Positions 39,836-51,991 of a stretch of 64,000 nt of DNA are shown here, one piece after another (within the stretch, counting starts at the first letter, position 1; the number at the start of each line of letters is the position of its first letter). The position numbers were made by a program, and so were the translations under genes. Source of the DNA: Lingula anatina. Taxonomy: Eukaryota; Animalia; Brachiopoda. The notes beneath the pieces were generated by a model. The model was given only the letters and a program-made list of their open reading frames with translations, did no database searches and was not told the DNA's origin. Where the stretch lies: the NCBI GenBank assembly GCA_051362555.1, contig CM120648.1, forward strand, positions 14,194,587 through 14,258,586. Direction: 5' to 3'.

Positions 39836-40185
39836 TTGAAATTGCTTGCTAAGGGGCCTGCTGTGAGATGTGTTCAGAACACTGGGGTCTCTACTCTGCT
39901 ACAGCAACCACCAACTCCAGCACTGGTGATAAAGCAGACCTTGAAGGCATGTGTGGTGGAAATGCAAAGGGACACTGAGCCAACACTTGAGAAATACTGC
40001 ATTTTAGCAGGTGATTCATATGCACTAAAGGGCTACCAACCTACTTCACAGTAATATCCCTCCAGTCCTACTGAAATTCATAGCCAACCATCACCTCAGT
40101 CTTGGACAGAATTCATGTGCACTGGCCAAAGTATCCTGGAGCTCTGGGATGTTTTCTGGACAACTGAAAATGGACAATTAAAAAC
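39836..40185 (+). pseudogene. Truncated transposase relic, unit 9 (822-bp unit)
   Basis: Unit jumps from ...ggacaattaaaaact to tgcagacaggcac at ~40186. Confidence 0.7.
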
Positions 40186-40275
40186 TTGCAGACAGGCACA
40201 AATGATGTCATCACTGAGATTATATGAAGACAACGTAGCATATGACTAGATGTATAAATTCCATCTCTCTCTCTC

Positions 40276-40324
<49 letters not shown>

Positions 40325-40657
40325 AAGTCTTCTTTGAGATTAAGTGAAGACACAGAAGCATGACACAATGTTATAGTTCTAAACAGATATTCTCCCTGTT
40401 CACGTTGGCCTATGTGTTATGTAGAGCATTAAATTAATTGTAATGTTATGACAATACTTGATAAGATGAACACTTGTTTCTTTTAAATTTCTTCTGTTTT
40501 TGACTTTCGATTCATACAGCTTTCAATATCAGCATGATTTCATACCTTTATTTTGTTTAGTTTTTTACATAAATTTTGAAGTTTATGAAGCTTTTAACAC
40601 TAAATTCTCAAACACAAAAAAGGTCCACTCCTTCAATAAAAGACCCCTCCTCCCCTT

Positions 40658-41651
40658 TTGAAATTGCTTGCTAAGGGATCTGCTGTGAGATGTGTTCAGA
40701 ACACTGGGGTCTCTACTCTGCTACAGCAACCACCAACTCCAGCACTGGTGATAAAGCAGACCTTGAAGGCATGTGTGGTGGAAATGCAAAGGGACACTGA
40801 GCCAACACTTGAGAAATACTGCATTTTAGCAGGTGATTCATATGCACTAAGAGCTACCAACCTACTTCACAGTAATTCTCCTCCAGTCCTACTGAAATTC
40901 ATAGCCAACCATCACCTCAGTCTTGGACAGAATTCATGTGCACTGGCCAAAGTATCCTGGAGCTCTGGGATGTTTTCTAGACAACTGAAAATGGACAATT
41001 AAAAACTGATTAACAGACTCAATGATGATGTTAAGCGGCAGTGTGCTATGAAATTTTCACTGTATATATCAGGCAGGTGCTGGGGATGTGAACATGATGA
41101 TAAAAAAACTGACCTATACCAGTGATGCCATGATTGAATGTTACCATGTGAACCATTACTTGTGCATAACACGAGGCAAGTCATTCACATATGCCTGGGT
41201 ACAAATAGGTACCATTGGAACAAGCCCATGCTACCAGATGGCTACATATGACTGATGAGGAGAAAGATAAATTAAGACAAGCTATTGGCTAAAAAAAAGA
41301 CATAAATGCAGTACGTGCTCTTTTAGGAATTTAATAGTAACAGCCAGAAGCAGAAGCAGGGAACCACTGAAACTAATACATCAACAAACCCAAAATGTGT
41401 CACCATGTCAAGGAATTTCAGTGGCAGCTTGGACACGCAGTGCAGTCTTCAAGGTAAACAGTGGACCAGGCTAGTCTACCGGTACAGTGCAACTTGTGGA
41501 TCATGCTGGGGCCATCCTTGTCCCCAATTCCTGTGTTCGGCGCTAGCTGAAAAGTGAAGATGAACAAGTGAAAATGAGAAAGGACTTTTAAATACAAGCC
41601 AGATACATGCAAAACAAGAACTGTTTTGAGAAAATATCTAATGTATGACTC
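40658..41651 (+). pseudogene. Decayed Kolobok-type transposase core, unit 10 (variant B)
   Basis: Same motifs; ORF 40658-41002 includes HHLSLGQNSCALAKVSWSSGMF. Confidence 0.72.
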
Positions 41652-42248
41652 AAGACCAAGTAAAGTTATCAGTACAGAAAAGATATATGCATGACAAGCT
41701 GCCAAAGAAATCCATTAGATGCCATCCAGATCAGAATAATAATAAACAAATTGAATTTTTTACATACACTGTTGTCTGTTATTTATTCATTAAACTGTTT
41801 TTTATGGATTGGGAGTGAAAGGTAGGGTTGATTTTAAAGTAACACTTAAAAGAACTGGCTAATTTTCAAGGGTCACACTTTAAAAAGTGGGGTTAATTTT
41901 AAGGTTAGAGTAAGGGTAAGACATAGGGCTAGACTAAGGGCTAGGATAAGAATTAGGGTTAGTCTTAGGGACCATTCCCACAGATATTTGGATCAGTCTA
42001 TCTCCCTGGGGAGTTTACTAAATTCCCATCAACTTAAAGGGCTTAAATGTCTGTCACGCCTTGTAAAACTGTTAGGGGGTAATTACCTTTACCCTCTAGC
42101 TGATTAAGACATTTAAGCTGGTTAAGTTGACAGTAATCTAGTGAGCCTCCCCGGGGAGTTAGATCGATCCAGATGGATCGGTCTAGGCACGGGAACCCAG
42201 TCCTAAAAGTTGGGCTTAATGTTAGGGTAATGATTAAAGGTAGGCTTA

Positions 42249-42457
42249 GGCTTCGTTCACATGCAATGTCTATTTTCTAAATTCTATTTTCTATTCGCGC
42301 TATCTTATGATCATGGTCTGTGCCCTGAATATCCCGCGGCGTAATTACTGGAAGCGCGAGCCAGTTACTTATAGTAACTTATAGTAACTGGCTCGCGCTG
42401 CCAGTAATTACGCCGCGGGATATTCAGGGCACAGATAGTGATCATAAGACATACCGC
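42249..42457. mobile_element. Partially deleted copy of the palindromic Harbinger-type MITE (right end lost)
   Basis: Matches 38150-38358, then joins taggttacaaacc. Confidence 0.85.
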
Positions 42458-45260
42458 TAGGTTACAAACCACTATAAAAAATCCCATTCACTTTCATTGT
42501 AAGGTTTAATTCTTTCCTTGTTCAACAAACACTTCCACCTAAGATTTAAACAGTATACCTTACCAGTATAACCTTCCAGTCACAATAATTTCACTGTAAG
42601 TATGGTAACACAGTTTTTTTTCATAACGTTTGTGGTGGCAGTGCACAAAGCAGTTTGCTTGTCAATTTTGATGCAATATTACATACTGATTAAATCTGAA
42701 ATTACCACCAACTAAAATATCTAACATAAATAACATGAATGTGTAGAAAATTTGATTTTTTTTCAGCTTCATGCTTGTGGGAGTTCAAGGTCCCATAGTG
42801 AAAATGCCAATAAATTTCACAAAAATGTATAACTTAAGAAAAAGAAGCCAATTAACACTGCCTTTCCAACTGAGGCTGCATTTTAGTCCTAATTACTGTA
42901 AATACACTTATTGTGTCTGTATATAAAAATCAAGATATCTTATCAGCACAGCCTCCCAGTCACAAGAACTTTACTGTAAGGTGCTGCCCCCAAGCAGATG
43001 AAAAAAGCACTAAAATGCAGCAGAGGGGAGGGTATGCAAAACTGACTGCAGGCAGTAAAATATCACCTTGAAATAGAAAATAACACACCAAACTAAAAGA
43101 AAATGAACAAATTAATTCCTATAATTCATTAAAAACCTTTCAAACAATCGGAAATAGAGGAAAAACGTCAATTTTCCCTTATATGCAAATCTTCTTGCCT
43201 CAAAATTATCAAATAAGGCTGACCAAAAAGTGATGTATAACGTCTATCTCTCTCTTACACACACATACACACACCTGCAGACACGCACATACGAACTCAT
43301 CACTGAGATTGTGTGAAGGCAACGTAGCATGACAAGATGTATAAATTCTATCTCTGCATGTCTTGCTCATACATACAGATCGACACACACACATACAGAC
43401 ACACACATCAAGTCATCTTTGAGATTAAGTGCCAGTTTTTTAAGCACCAAACAAGTGCAGCAAGGTGAGGGTTCACTGAATTTGACCTTATTGGGCTTAA
43501 ATACTTGCCTGAGGACCCTATTAACTTCTGCCAAACGTTAGGCTCCAAAAACCGTATTTCAAAGGATTTATGCCCAATTTTCGATTTTTTCCGGCTTTCG
43601 AAGCAGATTTTCAGTCAGCAGCTATGCAACTCATATATATGCTTATTTCCCCTTTATCTAGCTATATATTTACAATATTCCTATATGATATTTTTTGTCA
43701 ATCAATATTCACCTTCCTAAGACATTCAAACAAAAAATATCACCCACCTAGTCCACACTGTACCCACATTTTGCACCCCACCCCCTAAAATCATATTTGA
43801 GCATGGCGATTTTCAAAGAGTCATATACCCACTGGTAGAGGTCCTATGACTGTAAAACCTACATGTGTTTATAAAGGAACATTAGGGTGATAAAATACAA
43901 AAGAGATATTCGTGGACTTTTATTTTGTTGGGGATATATTGATGTCTGAAAATGTAAGAATTTAGATTGGTGTTGCTCTTGTCTTGGCCAGTAAATGCTC
44001 ACTTCCTCTAATCACGGCAAATTTAAACAGTATACTTTACAAAAGAAGGTAATGTCCCTCTATCAAAGCCTACTTTTGAAAATTTAAACGTCCATTCTTA
44101 TATTTTGGTCATTTGTTACTGAAATTTATGTAGCACCGGTCAAGATGTTAACCCTTTTCAACCGACAAGTGTCTATCCTTTGCTCAAGTGCTTATATTGC
44201 CATTGTTCAACTATGCAGCAGTGCATTTTCTATAATGCTATAGCATACAAAATTAATTAAAAATAAGATTAGTCTAGAATCTTTGTGAATTGAGAAGAGA
44301 AAACAACAAACAACCCACGTTTTTATATATGTTATTATTTTATAGAGAAAGTGAATGTCCTTCAACAAGTTCACAGAAACTTCAGATTACATTGTACATG
44401 TAGTACAGGTAGTCTACTTATTATCAAAAATAGATTACTTCTTCAACAAATAAAAGTGAACACAAATGGGCATCAATCAATCACTTCTTCAGCAAATAAT
44501 ATTGAACACAAATGGGCATCAATCAATCAACTAACTATTCATTCTACAATACATAATCATCATTTTCATGGGATATGTACCTATAAATAAGTGAATTACT
44601 TGAAAGTATAATGACCGAAACTACATACAAAAAATACTTATAACCATAATCTCTATAGGTTATCTATAGGTAGAAGTCATTTTAACTGACATTCCCATAA
44701 TAGTGCTCTTGTTTCCTTAAGTGAATAAGAAAACATGCAAAGTTTTGACTCATGAAAATTTTTAGATATTTTTTTCAACTAAAGATAAAGACAGAAACAC
44801 TTGTTTGTTTTTTTTTATACAAACACATCAAACCAACAGAACTTCAAAAAATCCACTTAATTTTTTGCCCTTTAAGAGAAAAATGAAAATTGATGCGAAA
44901 AGAACTTGTATCATGCCATCATACACCCTGGATTGTTTTGCACTACCAGTACTCAAGACCAGGGCGATGAATTGCTACAAAATATGTCATACTGATCTTT
45001 GCTTGAAAGATTAAAATATTGATATCCATTATCAGCGTTTTAGTAACATATGTTCAATTAAAGGTTGCATTCATGAATATCTTCAATGAAATGAAACAAG
45101 ACAAAAATCTCCTTTATTGAAAAGTTAATCAAAATGTATCAGCTCTCAAATTCTGATGAAGTTCCAATAAATTGCTGCACTTTCTAGGGACTCTTTTTGT
45201 TACTCCATGACTGAAAAATGCTTTATCTATCTGGTCATTGTGTCTTCCAACCGTAGATAG

Positions 45261-48220
45261 CAGTGATACAGAAACCTTATGTGAAAAGAGAGACATGTGT
45301 CTCCTGTTTCATAAAAATATGAGACACAAGGTTCAAAACAAGGGACACATCATAAACAACATTTTTTGTTTCCATAAAACAAGTTTTATTCTTTAAAAAA
45401 AAAAAAAAAAAAACATTTGCTCTTTGAAACACTCTTAGGCATGATTACCAGAAGTGCCATTATTAATGTCATGTCAATGTAGTAATGTCAATAAAGTAAT
45501 GTCATTACACCACAAATGTCATTATTGTCTCTTACATCAATATTCATGAGAAATGCCTTTGACGTTTTGTTTTAAACACACTTAGAGCACTTCTAAAGTC
45601 AAAATCCTGAGAAAGGGGGCCATTAAGTTTTATGGCGATCAACATTTGTAAGTTTTCACTGATCAGTCTGTTTCTAAGGCTAGATTTGATTATATTTTGA
45701 GCACTAAAGCCACGTTCTACGTCTGCAGTATGCACTGGGAGGGCAAGTGCTATGCCAGCCAATTTGCACAAGTTAGGGAAATTCTCCTTATGAAATGCGT
45801 TGATAATTTCCCAGAGTTCTTTCATACTGTCACAACTGTAAGTGTTTGCCAGGACCAATTCCTTCAGTATTGCCCATTCCTGTTTGACCACATTGCCATC
45901 AACATACTTGTCCTCGTAATGTTTAATGACAACGTCCAATTCCTTATTTCCAAAAGCAGCTTGGGCATCCTGATTTTGAAACCTGATGCCTCTGAGACCT
46001 AAAACTGATAGGGCAGAAACCACTGACTGGTCATTATCTGGAAACCGCTTATCAAGTTCTTCCAGGAGATTGTTGATAAAGGAAGTTTTCGCAGAGTCTG
46101 CACCATTCCTCAGTTGTGTAGTGTCTCTAATTTTCACACCTTTGTAGTAGGACTCTGACTGAGAGGTTTCTCCAAGATCTTCTTTTGTAGCCTGTTCATG
46201 AGCTCCAGGTGTCTGTAGCAATTCCTGCAGTTGATTTTTCACACCACGAACAGCTGGGGATACAACAGCCAAATCCAGATTTTCTTTTTGGAATATCATG
46301 TTTAGATGTGTAATTATAGGGATGATATCCATAAGACAGCTTGTCACAAGAAGAAACTGTGATGTTGCCATGGTTTTCAAGAAACCTTTAGACTGTGGAT
46401 TGCCGTTTTCAGCAACCTGTTGCTCAAACAACATTGCCAAAGATTGCCAAGAGCGATACAAAGCATCTAGACTGTTATAAAAGCTAAACCAACGGACAGA
46501 ATGTACTTCCTTTATCCTGATCTTGGGAGCATCTAATACATCCTGTAGAGAAGCCAGTCCACTAATGCGCTTGGCGGAGTGTTTGAACCAGTAGTAGATA
46601 TTTGTCATGAACTCCTGGTAGGTCTTCAAATATGGCACTCCATTGGCTGCTTGGCTAGACACGAGTGCAAGTTGGTGAGCAATGCAGTGCAGTTGAATGA
46701 GCTGTGGATTTGTTTCTCTTTTTAGTCTTGTACCGACTCCATTGTGTTTTCCGGTCATAACCTGATGAGATAAAGATTGAAATTAATTTTTCCATATCAA
46801 CATCTGATGAACAAACCAATATTTTAGAAAAAATTGGAACTATTAATATTTTTCATTATTAAAAAGTTTCCAAACTATTTAATATTTTGGAATTTTTCAT
46901 AAATATAACAGACTGACAGTAATAATTATAATCCTGACTAAATAAAATTAATGAATGAAATTTCAAATATTTATTCTATTTATTGTTTCCTTGTAATATA
47001 TTATATATCCAGTACATTATTTAATTTATTCTATTTATCAACTTCACACCAGTTGTTTTTTATTTATTGTTTCTTGATAATTTTATGCAATACTGACCGA
47101 TGCACCGTCACTTCCTAGTCCTACTACCTTATCAGGCGGCACTTCAAACTTTGTCAGGAGATTTTTGACAGATGTTGCAATGGTGTCTGCTTTCCCATCC
47201 AGTATTTCACAATTCTCTAAGAAAATGGTCTCTGGTTTACAGCCTGATGATATCCTCGCATACACACTCAGTTTTTTTGTACTAGTAATGTCACATGATT
47301 CATCACAAAGCACAGAGATATAGTCTGCATCTGTCAGCTTTTTTCAAATATCTCGGAGAATCACTTCGTATATACTCTCTTGAAAGTCTTTGGTAATAGT
47401 GTAGGATTGGTAGCTTTTTGCAATTGGCGCAAGATCACTGCAGCCTTGCTTTATCAAAAAATCAACAAAATCTGGGTACTTGGATGTTGCTATGTCCTGC
47501 TTTGCCAAGAAATATATTGTTCGTAGAGCATGGATTATGGCACTGTCGTTCTCACTAAACTGATTTTTTACCATTCTCGATAGAGTTGACCTTGAGATTT
47601 CATCTTGTACCGACTGGCGATGGTCAGCTGCTGAAGCATGCCGCTCCAAAGTCGTGGTTCTGAAGTTGCTACAGCCTTCGGTAAAAACGTTCTTTTTTTG
47701 GCTTTTTACACATAGTGTGCAAAACATATGGTTGTCTTTGTTTTCTAGCCATGTCCATTAGGATTTCCAAGCTTCATTGAACACTCGTTTTACACGTTTC
47801 CGAGGCAAACAAGCAGCCGACTGGTCACGAGGTTCAGTTTCACTGTCACTTTGCTCCGCCATGTGCGAGGAGGAAATTTGCGGTGAATGCAAGAAGAAGC
47901 ATGATTCGCTGAATTCGCAAGCGTTGCTAAGCGCTATAACTGAATTTGAAAGGTGCGATGTGATTGGCTGATGAGTACCACTCAGTTTCAGGTGATATTG
48001 CGCACTCACTGAACGACTTTTACTTTGTTAAACTGTTTGGATCATTCCTGATTTTTATTAAATTTGACTATATGCGTATTTTTCTGATTTCCTGGTCGCA
48101 AAGGTGATGCTATTTATGCGACAATGGCCTCATGTTTTGTCGCATTACGATCGTTTTTATGAGACAATAATGAAATTTATGGGTCAAATGTCGCAAAGTC
48201 GCGCCGTTTCTGTATCGCTG
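45261..48220 (-). mobile_element. hAT transposon, 2960 bp, 6-bp TSD AGATAG
   Basis: TIR CAG(T/C)GATACAGAAAC at both ends; AGATAG at 45255-45260 and 48221-48226; GTCGCA/TGCGAC subterminal repeats at ~48090-48200; contains a hAT transposase. Confidence 0.93.
45544..47862 (-). pseudogene. hAT transposase (ZNF862-like), two exons (47862-47098, 46761-45544), ~660 codons, two in-frame stops
   Basis: Zn finger (W.WL...MFCTLC...H...H), CDES, SDGAS|VMTG restored by a GT-AG intron at 47097-46762, HCIAH, VRW, ADVERGFS dimerisation motif. Stops at 47758-47760 and 47344-47346 with no frameshift. Confidence 0.92.
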
Positions 48221-49249
48221 AGATAGTATACTTTTTCAAGTAAATAAATGTGAAAACAATATACTCCTTTTGGCAGTGAGCCAATCCTCCTCACACTTCC
48301 TTTTTTTCAGCACCTGGATTAACCACTTTATTTTCTTTGTCATATTTACTGGCTTTCTCTGACCAGTCTTCAGACATATTCTAGCTGAAATAATAAGGAA
48401 ATTTCATTCTCCATTTTATTAAATGGGTTTAATTTTCAACTGACAAAACTTATCATGAACAGCGTTTAACAACAAAGCTTTATTTCATATATATTTTAAG
48501 TATCAAAATCAAATTAACAATTCAGCATGCATTAAAACTGTTATGATATCCAACTTGGGAACTAGGAAGTTATATGCTTTATCTTACTACTACACATTAA
48601 CTAGTACATTTTAACAAGTAGAACATCATAATATCCTTCTCAATCCTCTGTCTAATATTAATTCGGTGAGTACATTAATAATAAAAGGTTTAATGTAAGT
48701 TTTATGTTAGTTTAATATATGTAAACATTTGTATTACCTGAGACCTCTGGAGAGAAAACTTTCCCATTGTTTTGATAAAAACTGGATCAACTGTGCGTGA
48801 AAGCTCCCGTTAGGTCCAAGGAAATAACTGTTGATATGTTCTTGTGGCTACCCAAAAGACCACAGCATGTAACTATACGCTAGGCAGATGACTGAGTCGA
48901 GTTCACTCCAAATTGCTTAAGATGATGAAACTGATCTACACCATACGTGATATGCATGACGCAGGCCATGGTCCATTTTTGGCATTAGTATCCTCTTATT
49001 TTAGACGTAATTCAAGCATGGAGAGGTGGCCCATACATCTTTGTCGTATCTCCTGAATGTCACACCACTTTTTTGCCTTTGTAAGTGTCTACTGAACAAC
49101 AACGCACAGTGCATGTGCTGTTTGCTACTTGAAATTCGGGAAATCTGCAGCGTGCGCCTTCCTCCTACTTGAACCAGCCATTACTAGTTTCACGAACTTA
49201 GTTTTGATTGCAAGGTTAACCAGCATTTCAACTTGGTATATAATTGCAT

Positions 49250-50012
49250 CCGGTGTAACATGAAAATCTGACTCCCATGAAAATCTGACTCCCCCAGTCA
49301 GATTTTCATAATGAAAATCTGACTCCCCCCATGAAAATTTGACTCCCCCTCCACAAAACTTCATAAATCTTATTTTATTTTGAACATATGTCTGTGATCT
49401 TGTAGTATGTAAAATGGTGGATACATTGGCACAATCAAACAATGACCACAGGCATTTCAGTGCTCCATGCCTTACCTGTGGTACATGGTTAATTGCAATT
49501 AGGGGGAGTCAAATATTCATGGGGGAGTCAGATTTTCATTATGTGCACATTTAATTTTCTTATTTTTTCATGAAAATTTTCACCTGCAAACTACAAAAAA
49601 AAAAAGTGCCAATGTATCCTCCATTTTACATACTACAAGATCACAGTCATATACTCAAAATGAAATAAGATTTATGAAGTTTTGTGGAGGGGGAGTCAAA
49701 TTTTCATTGGGGAGTCAGATTTTCATTATGTGCACATTTTTAATTTTCTTATTTTTCATGAAAATTTTCACCTGCAAACTACAAAAAAAAAGTGCGAATG
49801 TATCCTCCATTATGCATACTACAAGATCATAGTCATTTATTCAAATAAAATGAGATTAATGAATTTTTTTTTTTTTTTTGGGGGGGAGTCAAAATTTCAT
49901 AGGGGGAGTCACATTTTCATGATGAAAATTTGACTGGGGAGTCACATTTTCATGATGAAAATCTGACTGGGGAGTCACATTTTAGGGGAGTCAGATTTTC
50001 ATGGTACACTGG
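49250..50012. mobile_element. ~760-bp foldback MITE with repeated GAAAATCTGACTCCC motifs
   Basis: ccggtgtaacatgaaaatctgactccc / gggagtcagattttcatggtacactgg inverted ends, plus an internal ~185-bp direct duplication; TSD not evident. Confidence 0.8.
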
Positions 50013-51040
50013 GAATAAATTCATAGAAGATACCAGAGCTTATTTTTGTAATTTTGGCACTGATTCATGTTGGAACTGATTTCAACAGTCTTTGATAAAA
50101 ATCGAAACTTTGGGAAGTAAGATTTGACTGGTATGTTTTACGATGAAATAGCCTGTAAATAGGAAGATTTGCGTCAATGGTGCAGGAAAAAAGTCCATGC
50201 CGATTTTTAATCCATATTATGCCTATGTTCTCAGGAAATACCAATGATAATATATAAGGTGCTCTACCAGTGGAGATATTAGGCTATATGTAGGGTGGGT
50301 ATCTGAAAGAAGCATCAATTGACCCCAAATGACCTCGATAGTTTGTAACCATAGCAACAAAATTATGATAAAATTTTCTGTTGTTATAAAGACTATTCAT
50401 CAATCTTTCAATTTATCAATCTTTCAAATATAGTAAAGGTCGAAGTAATGTACTGAACAAATCATGTGCATTTTGTAGAGCAAATTTGAGGGAAAATGCA
50501 TCACTCACACAGCTGAAAAGTTAAGCGGACTCTCTGCGCGAGGGTTAAATATGCATGGGGCTGTATCTCGGTAAAAACGCAACGCAAAGCTTTACTATTT
50601 CACACATTCAATAAAGTCATAAAGATGATTCACTGTGAGTAATATGAGTGTATTCTGTGAGAACCCAACCAATTGCCACTTTCTGGCTGATTTGTCTGGT
50701 GGTTAGAAAAACTTGCACTTAAGTGAAGACACAGAAGCATGACACAATGTTATAGTTCTAAATAGATTTCCTCCCTGGTCATGTAGGCCTACATGTTATA
50801 TGGAGCTTTAAATTAATTGTAATGTTATGATAATACTTGATAAGCTGAACGTACACTTGTTTCTTTTAAATTTCTTGTTTTTGACTTTAAATTAATACAG
50901 CTTTCAACATCAGCATGATCTCATAACTTTATCTGGTTTAGTTTTTTTATATCAATTTTGAAGTTTTTGGAGCTTTAATTTTAACACTAAATTCTCTAAC
51001 ACAAAAAAGGTCTACTCCATCGAACCTCCCCTCCCCTCCT

Positions 51041-51991
51041 TTTGAAATTGCTGGCTATATTCGGGCCTGCCGTGAGATGTGTCCAGACCACTGGGGTCCA
51101 TACTATGCAACCAGCATACAGCAACCACCAACTCCAGCATTGGTGATAAAGCCGACCTTGAAGGCATGTGTGGTGGAAATGCAAAAGGACACTGAGCCAA
51201 CACCTGTGAATTACTGCATTTTAGATGGTGATTCACATGCACTAAAGTGCTACCAACCTACCTCACAGACATCAACAAGTAATATCCCTCTACTCCTACT
51301 GAAATTTTAAGACATCCATCACTTCAGTCTCGGACAGAATTCATGTGCACAGGCCAAAGTATCTTTGAGCTCTGGGATGTTTTCTAGACAACTAAAAATG
51401 GGACAATTAAAAACTGATTAACAGATGATGATATGTTAAGCAACAGTGTGCTATGAAATGTTCACTGTATAATATTAGGCAGGTGCTGGGAATCTGAACA
51501 TGATGATAAAAAACTGACCTATACCACTGATGCCATGATTGAATGTTGCAATGTGAACCATAACTTGTGTAAAAGAGGCAAGTTATTCACATGCCAGGGT
51601 ACAAAATGGTTCCATTGGAACAAGCCCATGCCAGCAGAAGGCTACAGGCTATACATATGAATGATGGCTTCAAAACAGACAGAAATGCAGTACGTGCTCT
51701 CTCAGCAATTTAATAGTAACAGCCAGAAGTAGAAGCAGTAAACCACTAACACTAATTCATCAGCAAACCCAAAATGTGTCACCATGCCAAGGAATTTCAA
51801 TGGCAGCTGGGACACACAGTGCAGTCCTCAAGGTGAACAATGGACCAGGCCAGTCTACAGTGCAGCTTGTGGATCATGCTGGGGCCATCCTTGTCCACAA
51901 TTCATGTGTTCAAAAGGAGAAAAGACTTTTAAAAACAAGCCAAATACATGCAAACCAAGAACTGTTTTAAGATAATATAAAATGTATGACT
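51041..51991 (+). pseudogene. Diverged terminal copy of the Kolobok-type transposase relic
   Basis: CPDHWGP, (other frame) SSIGD, YCILDGDS, NPKCVTMPRNFNG, HSAVLKVNNGPGQS; many differences from units 1-10. Confidence 0.78.

Larger units (their letters stand above)
43429..50718. mobile_element. 7.3 kb (including nested insertions) unclassified TIR element with TTAA TSD
   Basis: Empty site gagaTTAAgtgaagac. Here TTAA-gtgccagttttttaagcaccaaacaa...ttgtctggtggttagaaaaacttgcac-TTAA-gtgaagac, an imperfect ~26-bp TIR. Confidence 0.85.

Noticed and set aside
43521-50548. Nested piggyBac (ttaac... / ...gagggttaa)
   Set aside because: Left and right ends do not form a TIR, no piggyBac transposase motifs were recognised, and the inverted homolog near 63050 seems to extend past the supposed left end.
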